Positions 23,376 to 35,871 of a DNA stretch of 36,196 nt are shown one piece after another. The position numbers and the translations under genes are program-made. Under the pieces are notes generated by a model, which had not been told where the DNA came from, ran no database searches, and was given only the letters and a program-made list of their open reading frames with translations. The stretch comes from Octopus bimaculoides (Eukaryota): assembly GCF_001194135.2 (NCBI RefSeq), contig NC_068983.1, positions 150,195,046 to 150,231,241 of the forward strand, written 5' to 3'. Every line of letters starts with the position of its first letter. Position 1 is the first letter of the stretch.

Positions 23376-24497
23376 AAGGATCGATTTCTACGCCCAGAAC
23401 AATTTAACGCAGATCCTAATTTGACAAATGCAGCCAAACAATGGAATCACTGGCACAGGATCTTCAACTTTATTAATACTTTAGAACAGCATCAACCAGA
23501 TAAACTGAATACACTTATCAACTATATTGCTCCATCTGTGAACGAATATGTTGTTAATTGCTCTTCATATGACGATGCCATACAACTATTACAGAATCTC
23601 TACGTGAAGCCCAGGAATGAAATTTTTGCAAGACATCTACTGGCTACACATAAACAAGAATGAGGTCAAAGTCTCGATGAATTTTTGCAAAGACTCAAAT
23701 CATTAGCCAAGGATTGTAATTTTCAATCAGTTTCCACTGAGAAGTATAGAGACGAATCTATCCGAGACGTTTTCATCACCAGATTGCAGTCTAATGATAT
23801 TCAACAAAGGCTTCTCGAAAAGAAAATACTTCATCTTCAAACAGCTTATGAAGCCAGATCACTTGAAATGGCATGTACCTACTTTAAATCTTACCATTTA
23901 TCACCTCAATCAGTCTACAATTGTGCAGCAACAGATAATCTAACCACGGATGTGGGAAAAACTATGGTAGCTGCCACAAAGAGTAGTAATAAATGCTATT
24001 TTTGCAGGAATAACCGTCATCCTCGTTACAAGTGTCCTGCTAAGGAGGCCACATGTAAAAACTGTAACAAGAAGGGTCATTTCTTCAAAGTATGCCAGTC
24101 AAAAAGCAAATATGTTACTGCTTCACTGCGTTCTGGACAGAATCTCGCAACCATCTTCTCTGCACTGCAGCTTACATCTCTATTAACCGCTTCTGCTCCA
24201 CAGTGTCTGACTAATACTGTCATCAAAATAGATGTCAACGAAGTAACACTTTCAGCTCTAATTGATACCGGAAGTTCTGAGAGCTATATCAACTCAAATG
24301 TTGTTCATCATAACAAGTGGCTGGTTTTCAGATCGACGAAAGTAATAAACATGGCCGCAACTAATCTGTCAAAATCTACGGATGGTCATTGCAAGGTTAC
24401 AATGAACTTGGGAGGAAAACATCATAGCAGTGTGCACCTGTCGCTACTATCAGACCTGTGTGTGGATGTCTTGTTGGGTCATGATTTTCTTAAGTAA
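23376..24497 (+). pseudogene. gag: Gypsy gag + aspartic protease (start codon AAG instead of ATG; in-frame TGA at 23661-23663)
   Basis: (K)DRFLRPEQFNADPNLTNAAKQWNHW...KQE*GQSLDEFLQRLKSLAKDCNF...CYFCRNNRHPRYKCPAKEATCKNCNKKGHFFKVC...ALIDTGSSESYI...LLGHDFLK, all in one frame. Confidence 0.9.
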
Positions 24498-24499
24498 CT

Positions 24500-25717
24500 C
24501 GAAGGAGTCCAATATCTCATTTCCAGGTAAAAGACCCCTTTTGTCACTCTGTGGCCTCAATCCTGTAAGTATAGAAGCACCATCCTTGTTTTCAACCCTT
24601 GCAACAGACTGTAAACCAATCGCAACTAAGTCTCATCATTATACAAAAATGGATGACCAATTTATAAATCAAGAAATTCAAAAGCTTTTGGAAGATGGAA
24701 TCATAGAGCCCTCAAATTCACCATGGCGAGCCCAAATTCTCATTACCACTAACGAGTGTCATAAAAAGAGACTCGTCATAAATTACAGTCAGACCATCAA
24801 CAGATACACTTATCTTGATGCCTATCCCCTGCCGAAAATTGGAAAGATGATTGAAGATATCGCAACACAAGCAATCTACAGCATTCTCAATCTTCAAAGC
24901 GCGTACCATCAAATCCCAATCAAAGAACATGAGAAAATGTTTACACCATTCGAAGCTTGTGGCCAGTTATACCAGTTTTGTCATACACCCTTTGGAGTAA
25001 CCAATGGAGTTGCATGTTTTCAAAGAGTAATGGATTCAATCATTAAAGGAAAGCTCACAGGAACCGATACGTACAAAGACAATATTACTGTCTGTGGTAC
25101 CAATCGCACAGAACATGACAAGAATTTAGAAAATTTCCTTGCTGTTGTGAAGAAGTATGGACTTACCTTTAATGAAAGTAAAAGCATCATTGCTACTGAT
25201 CAGATAACGCTGTTGGGGTACGAGATTTCTAAGGGTAACATCAAACCAGATCCAGAAAGATTAAGACTCCTTGTAGATTTTCCACCCCAAACAGATATGA
25301 AAGCTCAAAAGTGGGCTGTGGGAATGTTTGCTTATTACTCTCCATGGATCTCCCATTTTTCTGACAAAATTCATCCACTTATTCATAACACGACATTTCC
25401 CCTTCCTGAGAGAGCCAAACAAAGCTTTGAAAACCTGAAGAAGGAACTCGAGCATTCTGTCATAACTACAGTGAAGCCTGACATTCCATTAGTAGTTGAA
25501 ACAGATGCTTCCAACATCGCCATTGCTGCAACACCCGGTAGCTTTCTTCTCAGGGACTCTAACTCCCAGCGAGCAACATCACTCTGCTGTTGAGAAGGAA
25601 GCTTATGCTATTGTGGAAGCAACAAGGAAATGGAGACACTTCTTATTGGGAAACCGTTTCAAACTTATCACTGACCAGAAATTGGTTACCTTCATCTATG
25701 ACACCCATCAAAAGTGA
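24500..25717 (+). pseudogene. pol: Gypsy reverse transcriptase + RNase H, frameshifted
   Basis: SPWRAQIL, LDAYPLPKI, LNLQSAYHQI, PFGVTNGVACFQR, YKDNI (in place of YxDD), ETDASN; after a frameshift near 25555, PVAFFSGTL...EKEAYAIVEATRKWRHFLLG...ITDQ. Confidence 0.92.
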
Positions 25718-25789
25718 AAGGAGGATGGAACAAGGAGGAAGGTATGGAGTGAGTTGGCAAGGGATTCTTTGCCACTCATCCAGAATTAT

Positions 25790-26330
25790 CTGTTCTCTTT
25801 ATTTTTAATGCAATCTACAATGTTTGTATAACAGCTGCACTATCTAAAACATATACAATACTCCAATATGGTCAACATTTGGGTTTTTACTACTGCAAAT
25901 CAACAATTGTTCAGGCTTGGAGTAATTTCAAACTTTAAAGAAGCCTAGCTTTTTGGATGCAGTCTTGGTTTTGTAGATATGTGGTTGTTATGAAAGATCA
26001 AGAGACTGTATGACCTAGCATTTGTTGCAAGTTTGAAGAGTTAATTTTGTGTTGTTCACGAATAGGGAGGGTGTACAGTTGCATGACTGCTTCCTTGATG
26101 TATGTTGTGTACTATGGTGCAAATATTACGATCCTGTTGAAGAATGTTTTCAAGATCTTCATAATAGTACAAGACTGATTTGAAATATGAAGATTGTTTA
26201 TAGATGAAACCCAGATGTGAAGTTTAAGGTGGAATTGTGTGAAGGATGGTGTTAATAGAGTGTAGGACACATAAGTGAATTTTGAGGTGCACCAGATATG
26301 GTAGCATGTTGCAGAGTACCCCTATAAAAT
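25790..26330 (-). mobile_element. Decayed L2/CR1-group LINE fragment (post-RT region)
   Basis: Minus strand DLENILQ..., ASKKLGFF.V.NYSKPEQLL and LEYC match the ASKKLGFL..R.YF.PEQLL..YK..IRP.LEYC consensus. Confidence 0.55.
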
Positions 26331-26418
26331 ACTCAACCATCATCACAAAAACAGCTTTGATGGGGGCAATCACCTAAGGATTTTTCCAATCCATGAAATA
26401 GCTGATTTGGCTTAACCC

Positions 26419-27018
26419 TGATCAAGCCAACTGATGATCTAAAGCATTCCAGCTGAGTTGAGACCACTCCATCATTTTCCTATGCACAAAAAACCCAAGG
26501 AGACATTACCCGACATTCCTAATTTTACTGCTTCAATACCACAATCAACTAAATACACTCCAGTGATAAAACATGTTTAAAGAATCAAGAAATCTACAGT
26601 TATCTTACTTTTGCATTTGCCAAACATCAATATTGCTTAGTATTTCTTTTAGTTTCTAACCACATATGTGAGTGACTGCTTCCACATAAGTGTGTGTATG
26701 TTTAAGTGTGCACATAAGTATTACACATTGTAAACATCGGTATGGAATGTGAGAAATTATTGAGCAGAATATATGGAATGTTGTCAATGAGTAGATATGA
26801 TAATAAAAATGAACGCAGTTAATATGTAAACTGAGAGTGTGATTGCAGTCTGGAATTGATTTGGAAGGTATGAGCTTGATCAAGCCAACTGATGATCTGA
26901 AGCATTCCAGCTGAGTTGAGACCACTCCATCATTTTCCTATGCACAAAAAACCCAAAGAGACATTACCCAACGTTCCTAATTTTATTGCTTCATTACCAC
27001 AATCAACTAAATACACTC
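26419..27018. repeat. 142-bp direct repeat pair (26419-26560, 26877-27018) flanking a ~316-bp dispersed repeat
   Basis: Manual alignment gives 6 mismatches in 142 nt; the middle segment recurs at ~28338-28665. Confidence 0.9.
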
Positions 27019-27044
27019 AATGTATTCAATTCTCATGTCTACTA

Positions 27045-27211
27045 TACACTCTCTGAGTGGTTGGCGTTAGGAAGGGCATTCAGCTGTAGAAACTCTGCCA
27101 AATTAGATTGGAGCCTGGTGTTGCCATCCGGTTTCACCAGTCCTCAGTCAAATCGTCCAACCCATGCTAGCATGGAAAGCGGACGTTAAACGATGATGAT
27201 GATGATGATGA
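27045..27211 (+). mobile_element. RTE-like 3' tail with (GAT)n end
   Basis: gagtggttggcgttaggaagggcattcagctgtagaaac...gcatggaaagcggacgttaaacgatgatgatgat. Confidence 0.8.
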
Positions 27212-28337
27212 CTATATTTCACTTCAACAGATTACACTTAATACTTTATCATCAGAATTGTAACTCTGGAAATCCCTTCTTGCCCACACTTTCCCCACAG
27301 ATATTGACAAGCAGGGGTTTGAGTTGAACATCAACTATATCAATAGCATAAGTCTGAGTAGGACTTCTCCTTGCTTAAATAAATATTTTGGTCCATCTGC
27401 ATTGTTTGCTGATTGTTGAGTATTGTTCTTGAAATATTTCTAAACAGAATTGAAAAATTGTTAAATGCTTAGCAAATTTGATCATTAGGATCAAGAGGTT
27501 TCTTGTATACTAATGCAAGACAGCACAGTGCAACTGAATCAAGAATTTAGCTTGTTGAAAGTCTTAACTGATTTTCCAGTTGCTAAGCAACAATAAAAGG
27601 AAAATGTAAATAATTAGGTTTGTGCAAGAAGGAATATTCTGTAATTCGATCACAGAAATGTTAATGCTATGTAAACAAAATACAGTGATCAGTTAGATAA
27701 TTACAGCATAATCTTAATACTTTTCTTTTTTTTAATATTTTATATTCCCTTTTCCAACATATCTCACTCTGTTTTCCTTACATTTTAAACTTCAAATATG
27801 AAAACTCATTTTTGTTTTCTATCTAGAAATACTTAAAATATCAGCAACTTCAATTGCAAACCTATATAAATACTTAGATCTTAAAAAGAAATGCAAATTA
27901 TCATTACTGTACTTAAAGAAAGTTTAAATAAAACTAACTTAGCTTTGTTGGCTATATAAATATACAAGCAGTACATTTCTTATATTTATTTGCAGACAAT
28001 TCTATAAATAAAATAAAATGACAAGTGTGGGTTGATTTTCATACAAATCAAGATTTGTAGGAAAACATTTAATTTATTGGACTTTTCTCAATGAAGGTAA
28101 AACGATTCAGATTTATAAAAAGCTAAATCTGGAATGATTATAAATAATGTTTATTGCTCACATGAAAAAAAAAATTGGATTGAATTTATTCTTTATGGTT
28201 AAAGTCATATCTCTTTTTTTTTTTCTTTATATCAGTTGACAATTCACAACTACAGATTGTTGTAGATCATTATTAAAGAGGTAGCTTTTGGTGCGCACAG
28301 TTCCAGATTGGAAGGACAAGAAAAAGCAAACAGCACT

Positions 28338-28665
28338 TCCAGTGATAAAACAGTAGATTTCTTGATTCTCTAAACAGAGAATCAAGAAATCTACTGTTAT
28401 CTTATTTTTTGTATTTACCAAACATCAATATTGTTCAGTATTTCTTTTAGTTTCTATCCACATATATGAGTGACCGCTTCCACATAAATGTATGTATGGT
28501 GCACATTATGTATTCCACATTGTGTATATCTGTGTGGAATGTGAGGAATTATTGAGCAGAATATAAGGAACGCTGTCAATGAGTAGATATAATAAAAATG
28601 AACACAGTTAATGCGTAAACTGAGAGTGCAGTTGCAGTCAGGAATTGATTTGTAAGGCATGAACT
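28338..28665. repeat. Second copy of the unclassified ~320-bp dispersed repeat
   Basis: Aligns to 26557-26878 (agaatcaagaaatctac...ctgagagtg...ggaattgatttg). Confidence 0.85.
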
Positions 28666-28936
28666 TTTATTTTCTATGTTGCACTACCTAACCTTTCATC
28701 TTGTTGTATCTTACTCACCCCTAACATGTAAGAAATGTGTTCAAAAAGATCTGAAAGGCTTGAGGTGGAGGACAGATTAACAATTTATCATGAACAAGAA
28801 ATAGTCATTTAGAACCAGTCTTAGCTAAAAAGAAGCTAAAGTAACCTTGAGAAAAGCAAAGAAAAAATGTTTTCAAATACTTGGAACAAGCCAAAGCTAA
28901 TTTTAGATTTCATGTTCAAGAAGGGTCATTTGTTAA

Positions 28937-29156
28937 TCCTTTTTATTACTATATTTCTACTGAAATACACTGCTTCTACTTCAATTAATTTTTTAAATAA
29001 TGAAGAATTTATTTAAATAACTCATTATAAGGCTAGTGTATGGAACATAAATTAACATGAAATGTAGATGGAAGGTTTTGAATTTAGATCACTTTAAAAC
29101 AAGAAGATTGCATCATAGAACTAGAAGTAGTTTCAGGTAGGTTGGTATCAAAAGGG
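28937..29156. mobile_element. piggyBac-type MITE, older copy of 13374-13590
   Basis: ttaa|tcctttttattactatatttc ... caggtaggttggtatcaaaaggg|ttaa; internal similarity to the first copy. Confidence 0.7.
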
Positions 29157-30639
29157 TTAAATGTTTTATAGAGGAATCACTGCAATTCTTGATCATATCT
29201 TTAAGAGTAAAAGTTTCTTTACACAAGTGGTGTTAGAAATCTGATAGTTTCTGCATGTTTTAAAAGCAATGGGTAAAAGAAATGGTATGCTGAGATTTTA
29301 TTGAGAGAACGACTGTAAATTGCACTATTTATCTAAGAAAAACACTATTTCACTGACCTATGTACAAAACCATATTTCATAGGAGGAAAGATTTATAGTC
29401 AACTAAACCAAAGCTGGGAAAGTACTAGAGTATCAGCCCCAGAGGGACCAGGCGAAAATAATCTTAACAGAATTTAAACACAGCAGTGAAACAAAACAAA
29501 AATGACTACTATTTATGCCAACTCAACTTTTTATCTAATTATAGAAATAATTTTCAGCACTTTGAGCATGAACTTAGTAAAACAATCCTTTAACTTGTTT
29601 ATTATGCCTTAAAAAATGGCTCTAGATATCTTGGAATATTCAAGGAATATCAGAGATTCACAATCTGCAGAACCCCACCTCCACATAAATCATATTATAC
29701 TCAAGCCTGAAACCCTTATTACTTCACATTCTGAACATTTTAAATGGTGTTTCCATTTCAATTAAGGATGATGAACATGAAATTATTGGAAATAAAAATA
29801 TTATATCTATACAATCCAAATGTGAAAAAAATTATTCCAGTTGAACATCCTCAAACTTTAATGAGCTTGTAATTTAAAAAGAAAAGTTATGTAATTTTTC
29901 TTTTTAACTAAAAAATAAATTGGTAGGTCTTTGGTATCTGATGCTCAAAATACAAATATTGAAACTATTTTTTTTTTCTTTTCTTATAGGTATTGGGGAA
30001 GGCCAATAATGAATAACAGCCATTTTTCTACAAGTCACTTCACTCATTATATGTAACAATTAAACTAGTCTTTTCATAACAAAGACTTACTGTTTATCCA
30101 AAAAAAAAAAAAAATCTAATTAGCAAACTTATAAACTATGTACTTTCATAAAAAAAAAAAGATTTACATAAGCAGAGCTCACTTGGCTGCTCAGCAAAGC
30201 AACTGTTTTTAAAAGGTATTTTGAGAGTGGGAGTGCCTAATGATCACATTTGAAAGGAGGGGTTCAACTGAATCAATGTAATTCTAAAAGAACCACCACA
30301 TATGAAATGGTCATAGGGGGGAGAGCCTTATGAACATTCTTGTGCACTATCCAGGTTGATCTGAGACTAACAATTTATACTGCTATATCTCTCACCATCA
30401 CTTGCTACAGTCAGCTCCTCCCCATTGCTAACTATCTCTCCTTACACTTATGAAACATCCCCCTTTATCACCCCCTGCCCACTCACCCTATCCAATTTTC
30501 TGTACCACTTATATTCACCACCACCCCATACCTTGACGGTATGTCCTCCCCAATACATCACCACCACCATCTCTCTCTTACTTTGTCTTTATATCTCCTC
30601 TCCTTTCTTTTCCAACTGGGATAGCCAAGTATCTCCTCT

Positions 30640-30905
30640 ATAGCAAGGCACCTATCTATATCTATTATACTTTAACCTCTCAACTAGCACAAAGCCAGCT
30701 CCCACAATACTACTCTCTCCTTCCCAAAGGGATCTTTGTCTTACAAGTTACTTGGTGACCCTGCCAGTGCCGGTGATACATAAAAAGCACTCACTACATG
30801 CTGGTTTGTGTTAGGAAGTACATCCAATCATAGAAACCATGCCACCGGCTCCTGTTAAACTGTCCAACTCATGCCAACATGGAAAATGGATGTTAAATGA
30901 CATTA
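30640..30905 (+). mobile_element. Degenerate RTE-associated 3' region / SINE tail
   Basis: gtcttacaagttacttggtgacc...ttaggaagtacatccaatcatagaaacc...catggaaaatggatgttaaatga resembles the other RTE tails. Confidence 0.55.
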
Positions 30906-32946
30906 ATGTATGTATCTGAAGAGCAGTGTGAAGTTATTTTTCTAAAAATGAAGCGATGTTCTTGATGAACCAACACAGCAAACCTAGTTTCAATATCTTG
31001 CAACTATCATTGTGAAATGCATGAATATAACAATCTCTCATTGAAATTCTGCAAGAACTTATTGTTTCTTAGATTATAATAAAAATATGGATACACCTGC
31101 AAACATGGCTAGCTTCCGAATGATAAATCTTAAACCTAGCATAATGGTATTAAAAAGTCATTTCAGTTAACATTCCTAGTTCAATTACCTATTCCTGATA
31201 GCTACATGAACTGAAGCATTAGAATTAAATGAACTGTCCCAAAACACAAAATGGTTAACAGTGGATTTGAACACAAGAAGTATCACTGGGTAGTTGCAAT
31301 ACTATATCCCTTCTACCAAATTACCTTCTCAAATGTGCAAATACAATCCGTTAATTGCATCATTCTTTCACAATCTAAGCACTACTATTTTCTGACAGTT
31401 GCAGCTGGTTGAGTTACCAGGATGTTAGCCAACAAACCGAAGAGTTGATAGTTTGTCTTCCATTACTGACGCTTTGCAGCTGGTAAAGACATTTAACTCT
31501 GAATCATTCAGTCCACCTAGCTGTAAACAGACACCATGTTCACTGCTGAAAGCAAGCCAGTTTATGTAGCTCACTTTATAACTGCATTAGTTGAACAAAA
31601 AATCCATATCCCTGAGTTTCATTGTAGTATAATTCAACTAAACATTACCATAGCCAATTCAACAATATAGATAAAAAAAAAAATTTTTATATTTGTTTTA
31701 TTAAAAAATATATAACAAATGAACACTTATTTGTGAAATTCCAAACTTTATACTAAATCTTTTTTCCTTCTTTCACTAATTGGATAGATTTTTCTATACT
31801 GATGTATGTGAATGCAATCGATTTTATGGCTGAATGTTGTTCTTTGTACGAAGCATTCAACTGTGAAGTAGGCTATTAAACTATCTTTGGTGGGTCATAA
31901 TGGCCTACATTAAACTTCCCAAAATTCAAAAGAATCTAAAAATCATAATATGCAGTTTGTGGAGGAGTATTCAGTACAGTTTAGCAAAAACTGAAAGAGA
32001 AAGGGCTGTTGTTCAGATAGTAACAATGACCAGGTGGTGTGTGAGAGAGTGATAGGAAGTAGCTAATTCAGCCCATCTTGAAATGTATTGACTATAACAA
32101 AAATGATAGTAAAGTCTGGCATAACAAATCAGTTTTTGAGAAAACAAAAAAAAAAAATGGTAATAAAAAAAAATTTCAGTCAAAAAGAAAAGAAAAATAT
32201 CAGTTTTAATAATTCAAGTTAATAACATTCCACATGGAAAAGTCTCAACAAGAATACTGGTAATGGACAATCATAGAAATATATTATCACATCCTTTTGT
32301 TAGATATCAATGAAAGTCTTTCCATATGTGAACTGTCTCCACACATTTGTTTCCATTTGTTTCATCTAAAATATTATACAAATAGTTTTGTTGCTTATTC
32401 CTTAGAATATCATTGGGTTTGCTTCCTGTATATTTCAAATAAAATATATATTTTATATGTAAGCACATAGAAACCACTGAAATTCAAGAAAATGAAAACT
32501 TGTCTAATAACAAGTTTTCAAAATATGATTGCAATAAATGAACAAGTAAAATAAAAGAAGAAAACTGATTTTAAAAAACAGAAAATTCATTCAATCTCAT
32601 TTTGAAAAAAATAAAATAATTTAATTTAACTGATACTTCATTAATAATATGATTAAAGAAATTGACATTAAATTTGTTTTTTTAAAGCTAGCGAGATTGA
32701 AGAACACAGAACATTTAGCTGCTAATAATACACATCTCCCAAGAGTAAATAGCTACAAATTTGCAGAGGTGATAGTTCACTAAATTGGTCCAATACCCAC
32801 CTGGCATTATCACCATGAGCTGCTCACTTACTAGAAGTGAGTAACAATGCTATGAAAGTGATGTGTTGAGAATAGTATTAGTGATAGGTATTGTGACTTG
32901 AAGCTGTACCCATCATTAGAACAAAGAACTTCAAGGAGACAGAGTT

Positions 32947-33950
32947 CATCCTCATCATTTAACGTCTGTTGTCCATGCTGGTATGGGTTGGACGATTTGA
33001 CCAGGCTGGCATGCTAGAAGGCTGCATCAGATTCCAATCTGATTTGACATGGTTTTCTATGGCTGGATGTCCTTCCTAACACCAACCACTCCAAGAGTGT
33101 AATGGGTGCCTTTATGTGCCACCAGCACAGGTACCATTTGCATGACAGCAGGGTGCTTTTATGTGCCACTAGCATGGGTGCCAATTTGCATGACACCAGT
33201 ATCTGCCATAACTGCGATTTTGCTCAGCTTGATGGATCTTCTCAAGCACGACATAATGCCAAAGGTCTTGGTTGTTGCCTCCATGAGGCCCAACACTTGA
33301 AAGGAACTCGGCCACTTTGTCTCTGTGAGGTTCAATGCTCAAAAGGAACTCAGCCACTTTACCTGTGAGGCTCAATGCTCGAAAGGAACTCAGCCACTTT
33401 GCCTCTGTAAGGCTCAATGCTCAAAAGGAACTCAGCCACTTTGTCTCCGTGAGGCCCAACACTTGAAAGGTGTCCTTTACATGCCACCAGCACAAGTGCA
33501 CTTGGCTTGACAGGTCCTCTCAAGCACAGCACATTGCCAAAGGTCTTTGTTACTAGTCATTGCCTCTGTCAGGCTCAAAGTTCGAAGATCATGCTTCACC
33601 ACCTCGTTCTGTCTTCCTGAGTCTACCTCTACTACCGGTTCCCACCACAGTTAGAGAGTGGCAATTTACACAGCTGTCCTCATCCATACGTGTCACATGA
33701 CCATACCAGCACATGTCGTCTCTCTTGCACACCACATCTGATGCCTCTTATGCTTAACTTTTCTCTCAAGATGCTTACACTGTCGAACATGCACACTGAC
33801 GTTGCACATCCAGCAAAGCATACTGGCTTCATTTCTTTCAAGTCTATGCATGTTTTCAGCTGTCACAGCCCATGTTTCACTGCCATGCAGCATAGCTGTT
33901 CACACATAGGCATCAAACAATTTGCCTTTCACTCTGAGAGAGAGGCCCTG
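32947..33950 (-). mobile_element. 5'-truncated RTE-clade LINE 3' end with minisatellite-containing 3' UTR
   Basis: Minus strand GLSLRVKGKLFDAYV*TAMLHGSETWAVTAENMHRLERNEASMLCWMCNVSVH..., homologous to 290-1046; ends taaatgatgaggatg. Confidence 0.88.
33285..33470. repeat. ~42-bp minisatellite, 4 units plus a partial unit
   Basis: gaggcccaacacttgaaaggaactcggccactttgtctctgt and variants of 40-42 bp. Confidence 0.9.
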
Positions 33951-35871
33951 CGAAAGTCGACTTAAATAAAAAAAATGCAATGCCCTATGGAAGCAAAATG
34001 GAGAATTAGAACAAAGATTCTATAGCTGTCAGGAAGAATAGTTTGAGTATGATACTTTGGATACTTGATAAGAATAGATATTTGGAAAACTGTTATGGTA
34101 TGATCAGTATAATACTGCTTGGATACAAGTCTAGGCTTCATCCACTTCAGTCAGGCTGCCTGGATGAGAATGTATGTTATAAGATCTGAAACACCCATAG
34201 ACCCCAAGAGACAACACTGTGTTGCACCTATAAACGCATGTTGAACTATGTAAGAAGACACAACTAGCCAGGTAGCAATATACCGAAAATGATGAAACAT
34301 GCAAAGTGAAATAAAATTAAGTTAATGGTAACCCGACTTGACTGAATCACAGAATGCTGAACCCCATGGGTGAGATGATACACAATCAAGTCAAATGGAA
34401 AGAATGATGCAATGCAAATTCATTCATCCACGTCAGAAAAAAAAATAAATAGATAAGAATAGAAAATTACATGAAGATAAGCATGCTATTGTTGTTACTA
34501 TAGAAATTTAAATCAAGAAAAAATAATTTACAAAAAACAAAAAATACTTGCATACCAATCTCTAGGGGTTTTTGAGTGCTAAAATTTCAGTTATTAACTG
34601 AATAGATAGATATGTTTTTTTAACCATTTTATAAGACCAGACAGATAAAAATTTGGCAATAAAATGAAATTAATCCACTACTTCAGTGTTCCTTTTTCTC
34701 TTTTACTGTTCTAGGCATTGTATTGTGGCCTTGCTGGGGCACTGAAGATAATTCCAACATTTTTAAATTTGTGTATTTATGTGTGTGTGTACACAGACAA
34801 GAAAATATCCAAGTTACTTATGAAAGAAATCTACTGCGATTACTCAAATTAATGCTATACAACTTACATACGGACATTCCTATCATCAGTTTAGCAACTA
34901 TTGTTTTATCCGTGGGGAAGTCAATGATATATTTCTACCATTGCTAAATTGTATTAAAGAGTATATCTTTAGATTTTAGCCAACTCTTTAGTAATAGACA
35001 CACAAAAATGTTATCTTTATATTTACATGGACATAAAAAAGAAGGTTCACCCAGGCTGTTTGCTTTCCATATACTCCATAGCACAGAATAGCATTAAAAC
35101 AAAGTGCATCAGTAATTTGTTAATCAAGAGAATGTATTCTATGTGCAAACCAGTCTGATTTACTTAAGTTCCGAGTCATTCTTTGTAACAAGAAGTGTCT
35201 CCATAAAAGGAGGGAACTTAGTTGTTAATGAAATCCCAACACAGGCTTGAAACTAACCTAGCTGATTACTCGTTTTGCGTCCATCAGTCTATTTCATGAA
35301 GAGTATATTTACCGATTTTTAGCCAACTATATTGCTACAGTCTAGCACTAAAATAAAACAATGCACCAGTAATTTATTTCTATTATTGTCTCAATTCTGT
35401 GTCATTTTATTTGTGAAGATCAGTTCCTTGCCTTTCAGCCGTTCGTAGGGTTATCTTACATCAGCAAATCACTCAGCATACATCCTCCACTTGCATTTAT
35501 ATATCAAAAACGTCTTGCTCTCAGAATATGTATGAATAATGACTAGTTGTATGAAGAAGTACATATGAGTTGATGGAGACTGGTAAAAGAGGTTGATGAA
35601 AGAATGTTTGGCATGAAATAGAACGGAGTTGAGAAAGTTAAACAATGACATGAAATAGAGTCGACTAAATGTGTGTTGTATAAACAGGTCTACCATATTC
35701 CCACCCAGCATGGCAAAACAAAAGCTGAAAAGAAGATTACATTTAGCCCCAGGTCCACTGATAAAGCAAAGCTATGATCAAGAGCAAGTTCTGGCCATCT
35801 CTTTATTTCAAAATATCTAGGACTACATTATCCCATGTGTCCTATTTTTTAGAGGACATGATGTGGTCCAC

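Larger units (their letters stand above)
23067..25717 (+). mobile_element. Ty3/Gypsy LTR retrotransposon, 3'-truncated (putative 5' LTR ~23067-23348, gag-PR-RT-RH, no integrase or 3' LTR)
   Basis: Gag with two CCHC-type knuckles, DTGS protease, RT and RNase H motifs. LTR limits are only guessed from TGT...ACA and AATAAA at 23262. Confidence 0.9.

Noticed and set aside
26430-26470. CTGATGA motifs at 26431 and 26889, and others (e.g. 27250, 34885 minus) as hammerheads
   Set aside because: No correctly placed GAAA/UH and no pairable stems
28338-28398. Helitron 3' end (hairpin followed by CTGG on the minus strand)
   Set aside because: CTGG is followed by A rather than T, and no A|TC 5' terminus was found
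33285-33470. Regular ~42-bp repeats as a CRISPR array
   Set aside because: Units are contiguous with no unique spacers, lie in a eukaryotic LINE UTR, and no cas genes are present
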